Virus record (IMG/VR): IMGVR_UViG_3300046779_000230 | Location: 87,562-126,495 of that record | From: a virus | Taxonomy: Duplodnaviria; Heunggongvirae; Uroviricota; Caudoviricetes | Direction: 5' to 3' (one strand) | DNA: 38,934 nt | Part shown: positions 34,867 to 38,934 of the stretch, piece by piece | Layout: each line of letters opens with the position of its first letter | How positions within the stretch are numbered: the stretch's first letter is position 1 | Translations under genes and position numbers: made by a program | The notes under the pieces: model-generated | Database searches by the model: none | What the model saw: only the letters and a program-made list of their open reading frames with translations | Told to the model about the DNA's origin: nothing

Positions 34867-35894
34867 GTTGCTGCTTGATAAAGGCTAAAACTTGCCAGAT
34901 TTTTTGCTTTGCTTTCACACATGATGTCGTGGGTCTTGAGATAATCTAGAACCCAATCGTTACAAGCAGTGTTCCAGTAAAAGTCTGAGTGTGCGCGAAG
35001 TTTGGCTTTCTTAAAACCGTTTTCCAGCAACACAGCATAATCTGGTTTTGTCTTGCTGCAATGATCGACAAGGTAGTCTTCGCGAGATTGAGAGTAGTGC
35101 ATAGTTGGACGAACCCCACGCCAAGAGTCAATGACACGTTTGACACGATCGTCATTATGATCAAGCCACACACCTTCACGACACCAGTGGTGATGTACAT
35201 CGAGAACAATTGGCAACAAGTCTGCCAATTCTAGAGAGTCATCAAGACCCCATGCGTTTTCTTCGTTTTCGATAGTGATGCAGTTTTGTGCAACTGTAGA
35301 CAGACGTTTGTAAGCTGCACGAATGCCTGCTGGACCACGTTTGCCAGAGATGTGTACATTGATCTTAAAGTCTTGGAATGCGCGACCATAACCCATCATA
35401 CGAGCCATGTCTGCATGATACTCGAATTCTTCGATAGAGTTATTGACAATACCATCGTTCTCGCTAGCAAGAACTGTAAACTGACCTGGATGGAAACTTA
35501 GGCGAACACCAGCTGCACGTGCTGTGTCACCAATCTTGGTAAAGCCACGTTGCAGAACATCAAGCACATCTTGTTGTTGATAAAAGTATTTCCAATCAGC
35601 GTGAGTATAGACTGGAAGAATTTCGCTGCTCAATCGAACCATGCGCAATCCTTCAGGTAAGTTGGCTACCTTGGTTACTAGATTGAGTGTGTTTTGAAGA
35701 TTTTGTTTGGTGATGTCCCACAACTTTTCTTCTGCATTTGTGCGACTTTGACGACCAAGCCAAGCAACAGTAGTTGTACCTGTGCTGTATTTCTTTGCAT
35801 CGTCTTTGGGTTTGATACCATCGACTTGATCGACAGTGTCAATCCATTTACATGCAAAACCAATTTTACCGTGTTTCATAATATGTGTATTCAT
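34860..35894 (-). CDS. uvsE: UV-damage endonuclease UvsE/UVDE
   Basis: KIGFACK, MVRLSSEILP, RLSFHPGQFTVL, INVH, ITIENEE, IVLDVHHH, MHYSQSR, RAHSD, DIMCESKAKNLA. Confidence 0.93.
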   Translation of the reverse strand: MNTHIMKHGKIGFACKWIDTVDQVDGIKPKDDAKKYSTGTTTVAWLGRQSRTNAEEKLWDITKQNLQNTLNLVTKVANLPEGLRMVRLSSEILPVYTHADWKYFYQQQDVLDVLQRGFTKIGDTARAAGVRLSFHPGQFTVLASENDGIVNNSIEEFEYHADMARMMGYGRAFQDFKINVHISGKRGPAGIRAAYKRLSTVAQNCITIENEENAWGLDDSLELADLLPIVLDVHHHWCREGVWLDHNDDRVKRVIDSWRGVRPTMHYSQSREDYLVDHCSKTKPDYAVLLENGFKKAKLRAHSDFYWNTACNDWVLDYLKTHDIMCESKAKNLASFSLYQAATC

Positions 35895-35900
35895 AATCTA

Positions 35901-35929
35901 ATTATACCGTAAAATTGCATTAAAGTCAA
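35901..35929 (-). promoter_or_regulatory. sigma70-type early promoter (leaderless geometry)
   Basis: TTGACT-N17-TATAAT, then 6 nt to the uvsE ATG. Confidence 0.8.
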
Positions 35930-36088
35930 TCACCAGTGCCTTATAACACCAGCAACGATAAAAAAGTTTGTAATAATATAACAAAGAACGATGCAAGTGC
36001 GAATAAGAGCGATGGTGTCAGCTTCTTTGACACTAGCACCGCTCTTTTCTCCAATTGCTTTCGCCCACAATCTCCAGGCTTTTCTCAT
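35930..36088 (-). CDS. Small membrane protein (52 aa); absent from ORF track
   Basis: MRKAWRLWAKAIGEKSGASVKEADTIALIRTCIVLCYIITNFFIVAGVIRHW; ATGA coupling to the upstream gene; fills the gap exactly. Confidence 0.75.
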   Translation of the reverse strand: MRKAWRLWAKAIGEKSGASVKEADTIALIRTCIVLCYIITNFFIVAGVIRHW

Positions 36089-36369
36089 AGCATACGAATT
36101 AGTCCAATTGTATCAATAGTAGTCAGCAAGAGGTAGTTAGCCAACATCCCAAACGATTTCCTAGTATAAGCAGCCCAAGCATAAAGAGCACAGCCACTGA
36201 TCCATATAGGATAAAGGACAAGAAGTGGAGGATTAGGTACTGTGAGAGCCATAGTAATGCTACAACCAATACTGATAGCCCAAGCCAGTAACTCAACGCA
36301 AAAACGAAACTTATTAGATCTGAAGTCATCTAGAATCCATGTTAGTGTGTTTAGTATAATTTGTTTCAT
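36085..36369 (-). CDS. Hypothetical multi-pass membrane protein
   Basis: Three hydrophobic segments; ATGA overlaps at both ends. Confidence 0.7.
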   Translation of the reverse strand: MKQIILNTLTWILDDFRSNKFRFCVELLAWAISIGCSITMALTVPNPPLLVLYPIWISGCALYAWAAYTRKSFGMLANYLLLTTIDTIGLIRML

Positions 36370-36881
36370 GAGTGTTCTTTAAGTGCTGCCAGTGTATGAA
36401 TCTGCAAGATTGTAGATTTAAGTTTGGCAATAGTGCTGGCAGAATCAGTGTGAAGAATACCATATCCACCAGCTGAATTAAATGGATCAATACACCCAAT
36501 ACTGTCATCGACTAGAATACTGGTTGGCGTTGCATACTTTGCCTTACCAACTTTATCATTGACAAAGTTAGCGCGATATGGAATGTTTTTAGCATTCAAC
36601 CACTTGAGTTTTTGCATCTTGGCTTCATTGGCTTGGAAAGGTTCATGTGTGCCCATAGATGTTAGAATTTCTACAGTAACACCGTTCAAGCTAGAAACAT
36701 AATTCAACAACTCTTGAGCGTCAGGCATAAAGTCTAACTTCTCGAAAATCTTGTCTTCGATAACTGCAGTACGGAAACGCTTGCGATCCTCTTTATTAGG
36801 ATCCAACTTAATGTACTCTTTGTTGAAGTCTGCTAGAACTCCGTCCATATCAAGATAAAGTGTAATCATGTTACTCCACAA
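36366..36881 (-). CDS. HAD-family 5'(3')-deoxyribonucleotidase-like
   Basis: LYLDMDGVLADF, ILTS, K..WL, ILVDD..N/C..F..AGG.GILH. Confidence 0.85.
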   Translation of the reverse strand: MWSNMITLYLDMDGVLADFNKEYIKLDPNKEDRKRFRTAVIEDKIFEKLDFMPDAQELLNYVSSLNGVTVEILTSMGTHEPFQANEAKMQKLKWLNAKNIPYRANFVNDKVGKAKYATPTSILVDDSIGCIDPFNSAGGYGILHTDSASTIAKLKSTILQIHTLAALKEHS

Positions 36882-37245
36882 ATTGTTTGAAGTTTGGTGG
36901 TTGCCAACCTTCTGGCTTTAGAATCTTACCATCTTCACGTCGACGCACTAGACCAGTGGCAGGATCAATCTTAGAAAGGTTGCTTTGTGCACCTTCGATC
37001 CAAGCACCGTCCATATCCCAACCACGTGAACGAGCGTATCCAACGATAACCCAAATCATGTCAAAACAAGCGTCAAGACGTTCGGTATCATCGTTAGCTT
37101 CATCAGCTTCCCAAAACTCTTTGATTTCTTCACGAATCAACTCTTTGTATAAAAGCGATTGTGGGTTCTCATCAACAAGGAATGGCGGTGGATTTTGTCC
37201 AACAGCATTCAAAAACTTCTCAACATCTTCAAAAACATTACTCAT
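36871..37245 (-). CDS. All-alpha NTP pyrophosphohydrolase (MazG/PRA-PH-like)
   Basis: LIREEIKEF..E.LDACFDMIWV..GY..SNLSK..RREDGKILKPEGW.PP. Confidence 0.85.
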   Translation of the reverse strand: MSNVFEDVEKFLNAVGQNPPPFLVDENPQSLLYKELIREEIKEFWEADEANDDTERLDACFDMIWVIVGYARSRGWDMDGAWIEGAQSNLSKIDPATGLVRRREDGKILKPEGWQPPNFKQFVE

Positions 37246-37577
37246 TTATATTCCAATTCCATAAAATTAACATCAGCGTCTAACGCTTCCATTGTGATAT
37301 CATCAGCGCCAGCGACATCTTGACAGAAGTTTCTGTACACTTGAGATGTATAACCACTCATACCATATGATTTTTTATGGCAGCGATAAACACTGCCACT
37401 AGAACCGTAGAACATGTAGTGATCTTCATCTTGTTCTATCTTGATACAACCACTATTTAACTTCCAACTGTCGCCGTTGGCATAACCACCGTACCAACCA
37501 GCTAGAATCTTGTAGATTGTTTCGCCTCTAACAACAAATTTTAACATCACCCATGTATCTGGTGTGTATTCTCTCAT
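37242..37577 (-). CDS. Hypothetical phage protein
   Basis: YTPDTWV..YKILAGWYGGY..GDSWKLNSG..FYG.SGSVY.C; ATGA-coupled in the operon. Confidence 0.75.
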   Translation of the reverse strand: MREYTPDTWVMLKFVVRGETIYKILAGWYGGYANGDSWKLNSGCIKIEQDEDHYMFYGSSGSVYRCHKKSYGMSGYTSQVYRNFCQDVAGADDITMEALDADVNFMELEYK

Positions 37578-38515
37578 ACCTCAACCACTTTCAATTCAAA
37601 TTTATCAGCGATTTCTTCATATCCGATATAACCACGTGGGTTACACACAATTCTGGTGTCTCCAATGGTGTAATCAAACAATTCATGTGTGTGACCATGC
37701 GTCCACAACACAATTTCTGGGTGATCAAGAATAAATTCACTCAAGTCACTGTGGTAACCACCGTTCATGATGTCATCATGAGCATATCTTGGGTGACAAG
37801 ACTTGTGAGAAGGTGTGTGATGACCAACTACAACAATTTTGTTGCCAGTTTTTTGCTCGCGATGATTTTCCACGATTGTTTTGATGTAACCAAGACACTT
37901 GCGATGTTCTTCAACAGCATCTTCTGCAGAGAAAGTTGCAACGCGAGTCTTAAACACAGACTTGAATCGCTCAGAAGTGGGCAGAGCCAAAAACTCATCA
38001 TCAGTCATACCTGTTGGCTTGTCTCGTAAGACATCGGCACGGTAAGAAACTACTCTATTTGAGTTTTGAACACAACGAAAGTCGTTCATCATGTTCTTCA
38101 TTGCATGTAGAGTAAGTGGATCCTCTTTGTTCATGTCTGTCCAAAGAGTACCTCCAACAAAAGTTACATCATCCAATGTCCAGCACTCTTTGTCCAAGAT
38201 GTGCAAGTTAGGGTGATGAGCCAACTTGCGTTTTAGTTCACCAATAGTTTGGGCAAAATCACCGTGGTAGTGTTCATGGTTGCCAGCAACGTAGATTACA
38301 TGTGGAAACTGAAAACACACACGAGAGAAAAAGTCATGAAAACGCGATGATCTGGCACGTGCAAATCCCAACTCTACTTGGCGACGATCCAACATGTCTA
38401 GGTCACGCTCAACCAAGATATCACCAGACAAGATGAGTACATCGATGCCTTGATCGTTAGTGATCATGACATCACCAAACTCTAGGTGCAAGTCTGACGC
38501 AACAGCAATTTTCAT
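37574..38515 (-). CDS. Calcineurin-like metallophosphoesterase (start re-assigned to MKIAV)
   Basis: SDLHLE, LSGDI, AGNHEHY, GHH.P, WTHGHTH, NPRGY; GGAG RBS before ATG at 38515. Confidence 0.9.
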   Translation of the reverse strand: MKIAVASDLHLEFGDVMITNDQGIDVLILSGDILVERDLDMLDRRQVELGFARARSSRFHDFFSRVCFQFPHVIYVAGNHEHYHGDFAQTIGELKRKLAHHPNLHILDKECWTLDDVTFVGGTLWTDMNKEDPLTLHAMKNMMNDFRCVQNSNRVVSYRADVLRDKPTGMTDDEFLALPTSERFKSVFKTRVATFSAEDAVEEHRKCLGYIKTIVENHREQKTGNKIVVVGHHTPSHKSCHPRYAHDDIMNGGYHSDLSEFILDHPEIVLWTHGHTHELFDYTIGDTRIVCNPRGYIGYEEIADKFELKVVEV

Positions 38516-38536
38516 AAGTTTCTCCATAATAGTTGT

Positions 38537-38565
38537 ATTATACCCTATACAGGCTTGCAAGACAA
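38537..38565 (-). promoter_or_regulatory. sigma70-type early promoter
   Basis: TTGTCT-N17-TATAAT. Confidence 0.8.
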
Positions 38566-38682
38566 CCCTTCATAATACCGCCACAGACGAACATAGTAAG
38601 CCATCCTACGTGGTTCGTGATCAGGATGCGGCATATCCGAACCACACCACTCAATAAATCGTTGGATTTCTTCGTCTGTCAT
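38545..38682 (-). CDS. Small hypothetical protein (45 aa); absent from ORF track
   Basis: MTDEEIQRFIEWCGSDMPHPDHEPRRMAYYVRLWRYYEGLSCKPV; ATGA coupling to the upstream ORF. Confidence 0.65.
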   Translation of the reverse strand: MTDEEIQRFIEWCGSDMPHPDHEPRRMAYYVRLWRYYEGLSCKPV

Positions 38683-38888
38683 ACACTGCCATCCTTGATG
38701 CACGCTTCAAAGGTTGCAAATGTCTGCTCAAACTTAACTTGATAGATGGTTTCTAGACCCAGCAGATAATTACTGATCTCATCAGGTGTCATCTCTCGCA
38801 CATCCAGCATCTGGCGATTAAGAGCCTTGATATCATCCACAATATTCCAACAAGCCAGAATCCCTTGTTCAAGTTCAAATCTATTCAT
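38679..38888 (-). CDS. Hypothetical protein
   Basis: 69 aa, AGGA RBS; DRFELEQ.I..CW.IVDD..LLGL..IY..KF pattern. Confidence 0.7.
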   Translation of the reverse strand: MNRFELEQGILACWNIVDDIKALNRQMLDVREMTPDEISNYLLGLETIYQVKFEQTFATFEACIKDGSV

Positions 38889-38934
38889 GTTAATTTCCTA
38901 TTACATTGGATTGACGATCACTGGGTGACCAAAT

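Noticed and set aside
24-38888. Alternative genetic code, introns or inteins
   Set aside because: Core genes are full length under code 11 with tight ATGA-type couplings; no intein or group I intron signatures were seen.

Overview
Genomic segment of a T4-like (Tevenvirinae/Kyanoviridae-type architecture) myovirus, probably aquatic and infecting a Gram-negative proteobacterium (inference). 1-20.4 kb (minus strand) is the baseplate/tail-hub module (gp48, gp53, hub, gp5, PAAR, gp25, gp6, gp7, gp8 and a 2093-aa virion protein). 20.4-25.2 kb (plus strand) holds gp4, gp2, a gp54-like gene, a displaced terminase small subunit, gp26/'gp51' and a tape-measure-like gene, ending at a bidirectional terminator. 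25.3-38.9 kb (minus strand) holds gp32, gp59, gp33 and an accessory region driven by six near-consensus sigma70 promoters: ClpP, SleB-like hydrolase, an outer-membrane beta-barrel, 2OG-Fe(II) oxygenases, exonuclease, GH19 endolysin, PhoH, UvsE and nucleotide-pool enzymes. The strongest non-obvious signals are (i) a complete circularly permuted (two-piece) tmRNA gene with its own promoter, tag ANDSVYALAA and a long structured intervening segment, 1.5 kb from a phage ClpP; (ii) a T8 slippery site that would fuse gp26 to the short 'gp51' ORF by a -1 frameshift just before the tape-measure gene; (iii) a gp5 spike carrying both a GH19 domain and a C-terminal M15 peptidase. Protein calls come from recognising motifs in the translations; no database searches were run.
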